Shown: positions 1 through 7,875, counted from the first letter of the stretch. The stretch: DNA of 64,000 nucleotides from an uncultured virus (IMG/VR IMGVR_UViG_3300044974_000598) (IMGVR_UViG_3300044974_000598); one strand, 5' to 3'. A program made the numbers and translations. The notes: generated from the letters alone by a model not told the origin.

Positions 1-137
1 GGCTATTGGTTAGAGTATTGGTTTGGCTATGGTATGGGGCTTGCACTTGCTATTATCTATGCTTGGTGGTATAGGGTATAGGGTGTATGGGTTATAGTAT
101 GTATTAGGGGATATGCTAAAGGAATTAAGTTAATTAT

Positions 138-180
138 TGTAGCTACATTGGTAAATTTATCCTATCTTTGTAGCTACAAA
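138..180 (+). promoter_or_regulatory. Bacteroidota-type promoter (-7 box TATCTTTG, 163-170) flanked by two TGTAGCTACA palindromes (operator-like)
   Basis: TGTAGCTACA at 138-147; perfect 14-bp palindrome TTTGTAGCTACAAA at 167-180 overlaps the TAnnTTTG box just upstream of the ORF at 189. Confidence 0.7.
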
Positions 181-188
181 ATATTTAT

Positions 189-464
189 ATGGCAAAAAGC
201 AAACCAATTGGAGTTAGATTTGACTTAGATAAGTTGGATATGATTCAAAAAGAGCAGAATTTGACATCGGCGCAATCTGTGTTAAATTATTTAATGGATA
301 ATTATGGCGAAAAACAAGTTAAAAGAGGCGCTCCTTTCAAGAATATGCCTCCTTATCGCACAGAGGCCCCAAATTTGGAGGAAATAGCTAATTACCTACC
401 AACACCCCCTGAAAATTTAAAAGGTCTAGATTTGGCTATATGGAAGTCTGAAAATTGGAAATAA
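189..464 (+). CDS. small DNA-binding protein, probably ribbon-helix-helix
   Basis: N-terminal KPIGVRFD strand followed by two short helices; preceded by promoter and palindromic operators. Confidence 0.5.
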   Translation: MAKSKPIGVRFDLDKLDMIQKEQNLTSAQSVLNYLMDNYGEKQVKRGAPFKNMPPYRTEAPNLEEIANYLPTPPENLKGLDLAIWKSENWK

Positions 465-480
465 TTTTGTAATTTAGCGT

Positions 481-636
481 ATGAAAAGTAAATTAAAAAT
501 GATGAAGCGAGCAGATGGCTCGTATTCTCCACGCGGTTTATGGGACAATATTCGTGCTAACAAAGGAAGTGGTAAGAAACCAACTGCCGAAATGTTAAAG
601 CAAGAAAAGAAAATTAAATCAGAAGAAAAGAAATAG
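481..636 (+). CDS. small basic hypothetical phage protein (51 aa, not in ORF track)
   Basis: Translated by hand: MKSKLKMMKRADGSYSPRGLWDNIRANKGSGKKPTAEMLKQEKKIKSEEKK; abuts the next gene. Confidence 0.65.
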   Translation: MKSKLKMMKRADGSYSPRGLWDNIRANKGSGKKPTAEMLKQEKKIKSEEKK

Positions 637-638
637 TT

Positions 639-923
639 ATGGCTGGAGCTTGGCAACGTAAAGAAGGTAAAAATCCTGAAGGCGGATTAAACGCTAAAGG
701 CAGAGCATCGTATAATTCTGAAACTGGTGGCAATTTAAAAGCTCCGGTTAAGTCTGGTGTTAATCCTCGTAGAGTTTCTTTTGCAGCTCGCTTTGCTGGT
801 ATGCTTGGAGCAATGAAAAAACCAAATGGCGAACCAACAAGAAAAGCATTAGCATTAAAGGCTTGGGGTTTTGGTAGCGTTGAAGCTGCTCGCAAGTTTG
901 CTAATGCTCATAAAAAATCTTAG
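639..923 (+). CDS. small basic phage protein, DUF6321-like
   Basis: AWQRKEGKNPEGGLNAKGRASYN...NLKAPV...RRVSFAARF motif, widespread in aquatic phages. Confidence 0.75.
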   Translation: MAGAWQRKEGKNPEGGLNAKGRASYNSETGGNLKAPVKSGVNPRRVSFAARFAGMLGAMKKPNGEPTRKALALKAWGFGSVEAARKFANAHKKS

Positions 924-1318
924 ATAGTGTTTTCATCGTTTTGACTTAATAATGCTAAATCTTTTAGCAATCTTATTAGTGGTATTAAAAATCCTTCGGA
1001 AGTATCGTTATCACCTCCTTTCATTTTAAACTCATTGTTTTTATAATATACTCTACAAACTTTTTTTAACGATTCGGTTGGCAATAAAATAGCAGCATCA
1101 AGCACATCCATTCTATATATCCAATAATTAGCCGTAGTGGTAGCTAATCCGCTTGGTTTATTTCTAGATTTATATTCAATATATAAATTACCAGTTTTAT
1201 GTATAAGCCTATCGCTTTTAACTTCAATAAGCTTACCATTGTTAAATAAATTATTAAGCCAATCTTCTGCCTTTTCTCCAAAGTTTAAATCGTGACTAAA
1301 ACTTGAAGAGTATTTCAT
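920..1318 (-). CDS. PD-(D/E)xK restriction-endonuclease-fold protein
   Basis: GEKAE...IEVKSD...TGNLYIEY motif. Confidence 0.65.
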   Translation of the reverse strand: MKYSSSFSHDLNFGEKAEDWLNNLFNNGKLIEVKSDRLIHKTGNLYIEYKSRNKPSGLATTTANYWIYRMDVLDAAILLPTESLKKVCRVYYKNNEFKMKGGDNDTSEGFLIPLIRLLKDLALLSQNDENTI

Positions 1319-1321
1319 TTG

Positions 1322-1627
1322 TTAATTTTTAACTTCCTTTTGTTGATTTAGAATTTCTTTTCCTTTATCTGATAATGGTCTAGCATATATTCTTAATTTC
1401 TTTTGTGTAGTTGGGCATACAAAAGTTAAACCTGCATCTAGATAAGATTTTATTATTAATTCTAAAACTCCATCAGCATCTTCACTTGCGCCAATTACAT
1501 GAGGTTCATCATAATCAAATTGCATACAGAAATCGCATCCGTTTAATGGTTCTGCATTTTGCGGAAGGTTTAATTGTTTTTCTTTTTTAGATTTTGCCAT
1601 TATTAAAGTTTTTATGGGTGTTTTCAA
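1322..1627 (-). CDS. hypothetical protein (true start probably near 1600, MAKSKK)
   Basis: ORF in the minus-strand early operon; CxxC motif. Confidence 0.55.
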   Translation of the reverse strand: MKTPIKTLIMAKSKKEKQLNLPQNAEPLNGCDFCMQFDYDEPHVIGASEDADGVLELIIKSYLDAGLTFVCPTTQKKLRIYARPLSDKGKEILNQQKEVKN

Positions 1628-2315
1628 TATCTTGTAAAAATTCTCTTGCTTTTTCTACTTTTTGCTCAATGCGTAAAATATCATCTTCGTTTCTACTAAC
1701 GTCATACATTAGTATTCTTTCTTCCATAGCTATATCATCAAACTTCATGTTTAATTCTAACTTCATAGCTTCTCTTACAAACTCTGGGCTTTCTTCTGAA
1801 ATTACATCTAGCTTTTTTAGCAAATAATACTTCTCTTGTTGGATAATATTATCTGGTGTATTTACAAGGCAATAAGCAATGGTAGCTTTGGTTTTACCCG
1901 TAAGCCACATATATGACATCATTTGCCAATAGTATAAATTATCAAGCTTGTCTGGGATATTCCCTAAGAATGTCCATAGGTCATAGCTAGATTTAATATC
2001 AATAATTCCATCATCAATAATATCTGGTAGCCCTGTTATGTATTTATTTGAAAATCTTTCCGTATTTTTAGCAAAAGGTTTTTTTAAGAACATAGACAAT
2101 AAATCAATCGATTCTTGCTCTACTTCAATACCTTTTTTCATTTGCTTTGTTTGAATATCTTTACTCCTATTATACTTATTAGAAATATAAACATCAAGCA
2201 AATGTCTTTGTGCGGTCTTAGAAAGTAACCCAGCTTCTTTGTCCGCTTTGGTTACTGGTTCGGTCATTATATACCCTACAGAGCTTGCTCTGATTAGCGT
2301 TTCATTCCAATTCAT
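1587..2315 (-). CDS. YqaJ/lambda-exonuclease-like PD-(D/E)xK exonuclease
   Basis: IRASS...MKKGIEVE...TGLPD...IDIKSS...YYWQMMSYMWLTG motifs. Confidence 0.8.
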   Translation of the reverse strand: MNWNETLIRASSVGYIMTEPVTKADKEAGLLSKTAQRHLLDVYISNKYNRSKDIQTKQMKKGIEVEQESIDLLSMFLKKPFAKNTERFSNKYITGLPDIIDDGIIDIKSSYDLWTFLGNIPDKLDNLYYWQMMSYMWLTGKTKATIAYCLVNTPDNIIQQEKYYLLKKLDVISEESPEFVREAMKLELNMKFDDIAMEERILMYDVSRNEDDILRIEQKVEKAREFLQDIENTHKNFNNGKI

Positions 2316-2317
2316 AG

Positions 2318-2680
2318 TTATAAAGATTTATGTTTAGCGTTATAAGATTCCAATACTTCTGGATTATTTTTAGCCATTAATTCCCAAGCTCTTAACTCCT
2401 CTTTAGTCTTGCAAGCATTTATAAACTCTATTGTTTTTTCAGCTAAAGATTTTTTAGATTGGGTAGGAATAATTTCATCTGGGACTTCTTGGTAAAATTC
2501 GTTTAAATCTTTTAATTTAATTACATTTTGCTTGTGATACTCTTCCACAAGTTCTCTTGCGTAATCAAGAGCCTTTGTAGCAGATTCGCCCTCATTAAGA
2601 GCAAATTCAACGCCAATTTTTTCAGAAGAATAGTTTCCTAAGTTAAATGTTCTAGTGTAGTTAATCGTTTGTATATGCAT
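2318..2680 (-). CDS. hypothetical protein (recombination cluster)
   Basis: TFNLGNYSSEKIGVE motif; tightly coupled to the exonuclease gene. Confidence 0.65.
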   Translation of the reverse strand: MHIQTINYTRTFNLGNYSSEKIGVEFALNEGESATKALDYARELVEEYHKQNVIKLKDLNEFYQEVPDEIIPTQSKKSLAEKTIEFINACKTKEELRAWELMAKNNPEVLESYNAKHKSL

Positions 2681-2689
2681 AATATTGGT

Positions 2690-2887
2690 TTATTTTATTC
2701 TGGTTACAGTAGTAGTGTTGTCAGTAGCTTTAATCTTAAATAATTTGTCTTTGTGAGCGTCTTTTTTCTTTAAATTGGATACCATAACCATTACAGATGT
2801 GTATGGGTTATCTAACCTAAGGTGTTCGCCTAATGTTAAATCAGCAACCTTACTGGAAACTGAATCGGGGGAAATGCTTCTTGCCAT
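2690..2887 (-). CDS. small hypothetical, possibly DNA-binding protein
   Basis: First ORF after the minus-strand TAATTTTG box at 2904-2911. Confidence 0.6.
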   Translation of the reverse strand: MARSISPDSVSSKVADLTLGEHLRLDNPYTSVMVMVSNLKKKDAHKDKLFKIKATDNTTTVTRIK

Positions 2888-2903
2888 GTTGTGTGTTTTG
2901 GAA

Positions 2904-2965
2904 CAAAATTAATTTAATTAATTTAATTAAAAAAATAAATTTAATTAAATTTTTGTATATATTTG
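2904..2965. promoter_or_regulatory. divergent Bacteroidota-type promoters
   Basis: Minus-strand TAATTTTG (2904-2911) and plus-strand TATATTTG (2958-2965) separated by TTAATTAA-rich DNA. Confidence 0.65.
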
Positions 2966-2969
2966 TATC

Positions 2970-3035
2970 CGCATAAGACATAGTTAAAGGTTTAACTGGT
3001 ATCGCTCCTAAGTTTCTACTTGGGAGCCTTTTTTT
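2970..3035 (+). ncRNA. candidate small RNA (~65 nt)
   Basis: Consensus -7 box at 2958-2965 is followed within ~40 nt by an intrinsic terminator, with no ORF between. Confidence 0.5.
3004..3035 (+). terminator. intrinsic terminator
   Basis: GCTCCTAAG/CTTGGGAGC stem followed by T7. Confidence 0.8.
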
Positions 3036-3043
3036 GCTTATTT

Positions 3044-3309
3044 GTCAAGTTATAGCTTTACGACAGGGGGAGGACTTGCGTAGTATGACTACCAACAATT
3101 AACAAATTTTGTTACAAGTCTATATAAATCAGTAACATATTTGCCCTAATTCCATTACAACATTTTACATATTGTACCTAAAACATTGTACAATGTTCCC
3201 AATTTGGTTACAAAAGTTCTCTAATAGTAAACTTTATCAATCACAAAAGTTACCCAATAAGGCAACTTTGAGCCGTATTTGAGCGACAATCGGCTCAATT
3301 ATGAGCGAT
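3044..3309. repeat. dense array of different imperfect palindromes (operator-like sites)
   Basis: GTCAAG-N6-CTTTAC, GTAGT-N3-ACTAC, TAACAAA-T-TTTGTTA, AACATTGTACAATGTT, two AAAGTT...AACTTT sites, TTGAGCCG-N15-CGGCTCAA and others; non-coding. Confidence 0.7.
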
Positions 3310-3340
3310 AAAAAACCCCATGTCATTATAAAACATGGGG
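3310..3340 (-). terminator. intrinsic terminator (minus strand)
   Basis: CCCCATGT/ACATGGGG stem with A6 on its left (U-tract on the minus strand). Confidence 0.8.
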
Positions 3341-3387
3341 CTGAAACTACAAATCTACAAACTATGATAACTACCGTAAAAATACAA

Positions 3388-3933
3388 TTATTTTTCAATA
3401 AATTTCTTTTTTACCAAGTTTAGCTTTGCCCTGTATTCTAGGATTAAGCCTTTTAGCTCATCTTTTGTAGGTTTTGCTGTTTGCCTAGCTGTTTCTCTTA
3501 AATAATCTACTACAGCATTATTTTCTTCGTGTAATTTGTATTCAAACTCTTCTATATTACCAGTTTTAAAGTAATTACATTCCATACATTGTGGTCTGCA
3601 ATTTTGTTCCATCCATCTAGTACTTAAATTCGACCTACCCATAAAATGACCGCATTGTATTTCTGCAATCATATGTTTTTTACCACAAGTATAACATTCA
3701 ACCATACCTGTTTTATCTGCATATCTATTTCTAATGTATTGACTAAATACATGGTCAAGGTCTTGAACAAGATTCTGAAAACTTTCTGTATCATCTTCAA
3801 ATTCTTCCATTCTTTTTTGCGTAGAATGTACGGTGGCGCATTGTTTACACATCTTTTTGGAAAACCAATAATCAATATTGCCACAATTAACACAACGCTT
3901 TTTCTTTGTTATTATTGTACTATTGTATGCCAT
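3388..3933 (-). CDS. ninG: NinG/Rap-like recombination endonuclease
   Basis: LDHVFSQYIRNR...CYTCG...QCGHFMGR...TRWMEQNCRPQCMECN motifs. Confidence 0.85.
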   Translation of the reverse strand: MAYNSTIITKKKRCVNCGNIDYWFSKKMCKQCATVHSTQKRMEEFEDDTESFQNLVQDLDHVFSQYIRNRYADKTGMVECYTCGKKHMIAEIQCGHFMGRSNLSTRWMEQNCRPQCMECNYFKTGNIEEFEYKLHEENNAVVDYLRETARQTAKPTKDELKGLILEYRAKLNLVKKKFIEK

Positions 3934-4114
3934 CTTTTTTTATTTTATTTCTTTCTTGATTTTTAATTACTGGTTTATCTAATTTTTCTTGACCTTTTTT
4001 ACCAATGTATAACATCTGTATATCAAAATAAAAATCTTCTTTATCATCTTTAGTTAAGTCAGGATGATTTTTAATCCTGTGCATTATTTCATCTTCGGTT
4101 ATCCATCTTTCCAT
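3920..4114 (-). CDS. hypothetical protein
   Basis: ORF overlapping the NinG start in the same operon. Confidence 0.55.
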   Translation of the reverse strand: MERWITEDEIMHRIKNHPDLTKDDKEDFYFDIQMLYIGKKGQEKLDKPVIKNQERNKIKKDGIQ

Positions 4115-4230
4115 TTGTGTAGTTTGTTATTTATAAATCTATATTTGCCAATATATTTTCCTTCTTTCCAAACTTCAATAACTAAATCTAATCTTTTAGC
4201 CATTTCGTATATTAGTTCTTTGTTTTCCAT
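4099..4230 (-). CDS. small hypothetical protein (43 aa, not in ORF track)
   Basis: MENKELIYEMAKRLDLVIEVWKEGKYIGKYRFINNKLHKWKDG; directly after a minus-strand TAGCTTTG box at 4234-4241. Confidence 0.5.
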   Translation of the reverse strand: MENKELIYEMAKRLDLVIEVWKEGKYIGKYRFINNKLHKWKDG

Positions 4231-4340
4231 TTGCAAAGCTAATTAATCAAAATTAAATAAAAAAATAAAATATTTAAAAAATATATTTTGAAATATGAAA
4301 TAATAGCTTTTATTTTGTGCATTAATCAAAAATCAAATAA

Positions 4341-4544
4341 ATGGCAAAAGTTAAAACTGATGTAAAAGATGAAATTCTTTTATATTTAGAAACTGAGGAA
4401 AGAAACCTAGCTTGGTTGTCTAGAAAGACAGATATACCATATGGTAGTCTTTATTCTATTTTTATACATAGAATAATGGTTTTGTCAGATTCAAATCTAG
4501 CAAAAATAAACAAAGCTTTAGATACCGATTTTATTAACGATTAA
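4341..4544 (+). CDS. Cro/XRE-like HTH regulator
   Basis: NLAWLSRKTDIPYGSLYSIF helix-turn-helix; heads the replication operon. Confidence 0.75.
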   Translation: MAKVKTDVKDEILLYLETEERNLAWLSRKTDIPYGSLYSIFIHRIMVLSDSNLAKINKALDTDFIND

Positions 4545-4555
4545 ATAAATTCTAA

Positions 4556-5305
4556 ATGGCTCGCCCAATAAAGAATTACTGTGATTATTTCCCTCACGAT
4601 AGAGATATGCGAAACCATAGAAAGGTTAAAGCTATTCGTACAAAGTTTGGAGTTACTGGCTATGCTATATGGTCTATGACTTTAGAGTATTTAACAGGCA
4701 TTGATGGTAATGTTTTAGAATATTCAGATGTAGAATTTGAATTAATGGCTGGTGATTTCGGAGTTTCTGCCACAGAAATACGGGACGTACTGGATTACTG
4801 CATTAAGTTGGAGATGTTATTCCTAAATAATGGCTTTATTAACTCGGAATCGCTTGATGAAAGACTAGTACCTGTTTACGAAAAAAGAGGTCGCAGTAAG
4901 GATAATAGTAAGAAACAACAGCGTGTGAACGGTAAATTTGTTAGCACTAATACCGTTAGTAACGGAGTTTCTGTGGCAGAAAAACCGCAAAGTAAAGTAA
5001 ATAAAAGTAAAGTAAAAGAAACTATACCAAGTATAGAGGAGTTTTTGTCCTTTTGCAAGGAGGATATGGCAAAGAACAATATGAATTTCAATTTGTACGA
5101 ATACTCGTTAAAATCAAAATACGAGTCTTGGGTCGAAAATGGGTGGAAAGATGGTCATAATAACATAATAAAGCTATGGAAGTCTAAAATTCGGAACACT
5201 ATACCACATTTAAGACCCATGCAGACACTTTCTAATAAAAGTGGAGGGAAGTATCAAAATGAATTAGAAACCGCTAGAAACGCCTTTAAACCAATTTCTG
5301 AATAA
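4556..5305 (+). CDS. replication initiator (DUF4373/Lin1244-like winged-helix N-terminus)
   Basis: MARP...DYFPHD.DMRNHRKVKAIRTKFG..GYAIW motif, SKVNKSKVK linker, C-terminal helical domain with NGW motif. Confidence 0.8.
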   Translation: MARPIKNYCDYFPHDRDMRNHRKVKAIRTKFGVTGYAIWSMTLEYLTGIDGNVLEYSDVEFELMAGDFGVSATEIRDVLDYCIKLEMLFLNNGFINSESLDERLVPVYEKRGRSKDNSKKQQRVNGKFVSTNTVSNGVSVAEKPQSKVNKSKVKETIPSIEEFLSFCKEDMAKNNMNFNLYEYSLKSKYESWVENGWKDGHNNIIKLWKSKIRNTIPHLRPMQTLSNKSGGKYQNELETARNAFKPISE

Positions 5306-7164
5306 TGATAACAATTTTTAAAAACATCTTTTCTAAGGAACCAAATTACATTTCTGTTGAAGCCGCGTTAAAAAGAATACAAGAAGGTAAAAGTAAATCA
5401 ACCGTATCTGAAATTAGAGGAACAATTGATAAAGAAAAAGCAAATAAGATAAAACTTAACCTTCCTTCGGTGTGTTTTAGTGGTAAATTTGGCCCTGATA
5501 GAACTGATGCTCAGTTAATTAAGCATAGTGGGTATATAGTTTTGGATTTTGACAATGTATTTGAGCTTAGAGATAAGCAAAATGAGATTATTTCACATTC
5601 GTTTGTTTACGCTTGTTGGATTAGCCCTTCTGGAAATGGACTAAAAGCTTTGGTAAAAATAGCAAATGGTGAAAAACATAGAGAACATTTCCAAGCATTA
5701 CAAGAAGTGTTTCCAGAAATTGACCGAAGCGGAATTAACCAAAGCAGAGTATGTTATGAGAGTTACGACCCCGAAATTTACATAAACGACAAGGCTGAAG
5801 TTTTTAAGAAGATTAAAAAAACCGAAAAGGTTGTTGTTTATGAGAAAAACGATGATGACCAAAAAATATTTAAGAATGTTTTGACTTGGTTATCTAATAA
5901 AAATGAGGCTTTTGTTACGGGAGAAAGAAATAATTTTATATTCAAATTAGCTTCAGCTTGTTGTCGTTTTGGTATTAATGAAACTGCAGCAAATTCTATG
6001 ATTCATACAGAGTTTATTACGAATTCTGAGTTTACAAAGAGTGAGGCAGATAGGGCAATACGTTCTGCATACAAGGCAAATTCAAAAAACTTTGGAAGTG
6101 CATCATTTGATAAAGAAATATTAGTTGATAAGGTTTCTAGAAAGGAAATAGAGGTGGAGAAAGCTGTATTTGATGAAGGATTAAAATTAAAAGATGTTAT
6201 TTATGGAATTGATGTAAAAGAACAAGCTTTAAGAATTTATGATGAAGGGTATGCTAAAGTAGATGGTATCGGAGTACCCGATTTGGATGACAAGTTTAAA
6301 CCAAAGAGAGGAGAGATTACAGTTCTTACTGGTATTGGTAACTATGGCAAATCTTCGTTTAAAAAATGGTACCAAGCTATGCGTATAATGTTATACGGAG
6401 AAAAGTTTGCTACATTTTCACCAGAAGATAACCCACCAGAAGAATATTACCATGATTTTGTAGAGATTATTTTAGGATGTGATTGTAGTCCTGCAAATCC
6501 ACATAGACCATCTAAACAAGTTTATGAATATGTTTACGATTTAGTATGCAAGCATATATTTTATGTTTATCCTAAAGATGTTTCGCCTACTCCACAATAT
6601 GTGATGGAAGTATTTTTAGAGTTAATTGTGAAAGAGAATGTTGATGGCGTAGATATTGACCCTTTCAACCAATTGACAAACGAATATCAAAAGTTTTCAA
6701 GAAGTGATAAATATCTTGAATGGGTATTGTCTGTGTTCTCAAGATTTGCGCAGATAAACAATATTTTCTTTTGGATAATTGCTCACCCTGTTAAAATGGT
6801 AAAAGCATCTGATGGTAACTATCCTTGCCCAGATGTGTTTGATTTAACTGATGGTGCAATGTGGAATAATAAACTAGACAATATTCTTGTATATCATAGA
6901 CCCTTTGCTCAAACAGACCCTAGTAATCCATCTTGTGAATTTCATAGCAAAAAGATTAGAAGACAAAAGATTGTTGGTAAGAAAGGGTTTATTTTATTTC
7001 AAATGTATTTTCAAACTAGAAGATTTTTATTCAATGGATTGGATTCATTACAAAAAATTATAAATGATAAAAATATAATTTTAAGACCCGATGCGTCAGT
7101 ACAAAAAACATTTGATAATTGGACACCTTACAAAGATGATAATGGAACAGAAATTAATTTTTAA
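5305..7164 (+). CDS. primase-helicase (BT4734/VirE-N primase + PriCT-like + SF4 helicase)
   Basis: KLNLPSVCFSGKF, HSGYIVLDFD, ISPSGNGLK; GERNN; Walker A TGIGNYGKS; IDPFNQL; IIAHP. Confidence 0.85.
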   Translation: MITIFKNIFSKEPNYISVEAALKRIQEGKSKSTVSEIRGTIDKEKANKIKLNLPSVCFSGKFGPDRTDAQLIKHSGYIVLDFDNVFELRDKQNEIISHSFVYACWISPSGNGLKALVKIANGEKHREHFQALQEVFPEIDRSGINQSRVCYESYDPEIYINDKAEVFKKIKKTEKVVVYEKNDDDQKIFKNVLTWLSNKNEAFVTGERNNFIFKLASACCRFGINETAANSMIHTEFITNSEFTKSEADRAIRSAYKANSKNFGSASFDKEILVDKVSRKEIEVEKAVFDEGLKLKDVIYGIDVKEQALRIYDEGYAKVDGIGVPDLDDKFKPKRGEITVLTGIGNYGKSSFKKWYQAMRIMLYGEKFATFSPEDNPPEEYYHDFVEIILGCDCSPANPHRPSKQVYEYVYDLVCKHIFYVYPKDVSPTPQYVMEVFLELIVKENVDGVDIDPFNQLTNEYQKFSRSDKYLEWVLSVFSRFAQINNIFFWIIAHPVKMVKASDGNYPCPDVFDLTDGAMWNNKLDNILVYHRPFAQTDPSNPSCEFHSKKIRRQKIVGKKGFILFQMYFQTRRFLFNGLDSLQKIINDKNIILRPDASVQKTFDNWTPYKDDNGTEINF

Positions 7165-7181
7165 TAATAAAACAAAACACA

Positions 7182-7523
7182 ATGATTAGAATTTCAGTAA
7201 TCGGCAGATTAGGACAAGATGCAACAGTAAACAATGTAAATGAAAAAACAGTAATTAATTTTTCAATGGCTTACAGCGAAAAGTTTAAAAACCAACAAGG
7301 ACAAGAGGTAGATAAAACAACTTGGGTTTCTTGCGCTTATTGGACTGATAAAACCAATGTAGCTAACTATCTTAAAAAGGGTACTTTGATTTACATGGAA
7401 GGAAAGCCAGAAGCAAAAACATATCTTAATGATAAAACAAAAGAAACAGTAGCCCAGCTTCATGCTAGAGTTACAAGTTTACAATTATTATCAAGTAATA
7501 AAACAGATGAAAACCAAATTTAA
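7182..7523 (+). CDS. ssb: single-stranded DNA-binding protein
   Basis: IGRLGQDA...FSMAYSE...TTWVSC...YLKKGTLIYMEG OB-fold pattern. Confidence 0.92.
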   Translation: MIRISVIGRLGQDATVNNVNEKTVINFSMAYSEKFKNQQGQEVDKTTWVSCAYWTDKTNVANYLKKGTLIYMEGKPEAKTYLNDKTKETVAQLHARVTSLQLLSSNKTDENQI

Positions 7524-7747
7524 TGTATATTCACGAATTAATAAATACTATTGATGTAGAAACCCCTTTAGGATATGGAAAAGCAATTGCATGGCTCGAC
7601 TACGGCTCAAACACAAACACTGTTTGGAAAGTCATATTATACCACAATGGCATGGTGCGGAACTTTTACGATGACGACATACTTGTTTACCCCAATAAAA
7701 TGGACGGCGGGGAATTAGATAAAGATTATTTTAAAAACAAACAATAA
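7523..7747 (+). CDS. hypothetical phage protein
   Basis: Translationally coupled ORF, VETPLGYGKAI motif. Confidence 0.65.
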   Translation: MYIHELINTIDVETPLGYGKAIAWLDYGSNTNTVWKVILYHNGMVRNFYDDDILVYPNKMDGGELDKDYFKNKQ

Positions 7748-7866
7748 TGGCAAAACTTACAAATTCATCCAAGGTTACATTTGGAACAAAAAAATCAGGG
7801 AGAGCTAAAAAATCTTATAACAAACATTCACCCCGTCCAAAACAATACAGAGGGCAGGGCAGATAA
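7747..7866 (+). CDS. small basic protein ending YRGQGR (39 aa, not in ORF track)
   Basis: MAKLTNSSKVTFGTKKSGRAKKSYNKHSPRPKQYRGQGR; TAATG coupling. Confidence 0.6.
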   Translation: MAKLTNSSKVTFGTKKSGRAKKSYNKHSPRPKQYRGQGR

Positions 7867-7875
7867 AACAAATGT

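Noticed and set aside
474..895. Minus-strand ORFs 474-656 and 614-895
   Set aside because: They are antisense to better supported plus-strand genes at 481-636 and 639-923.
3044..3309. CRISPR mini-array or tRNA in the palindrome region
   Set aside because: There are no identical regularly spaced repeats and no cloverleaf or T-loop motif; I saw no tRNA or CRISPR array elsewhere either.
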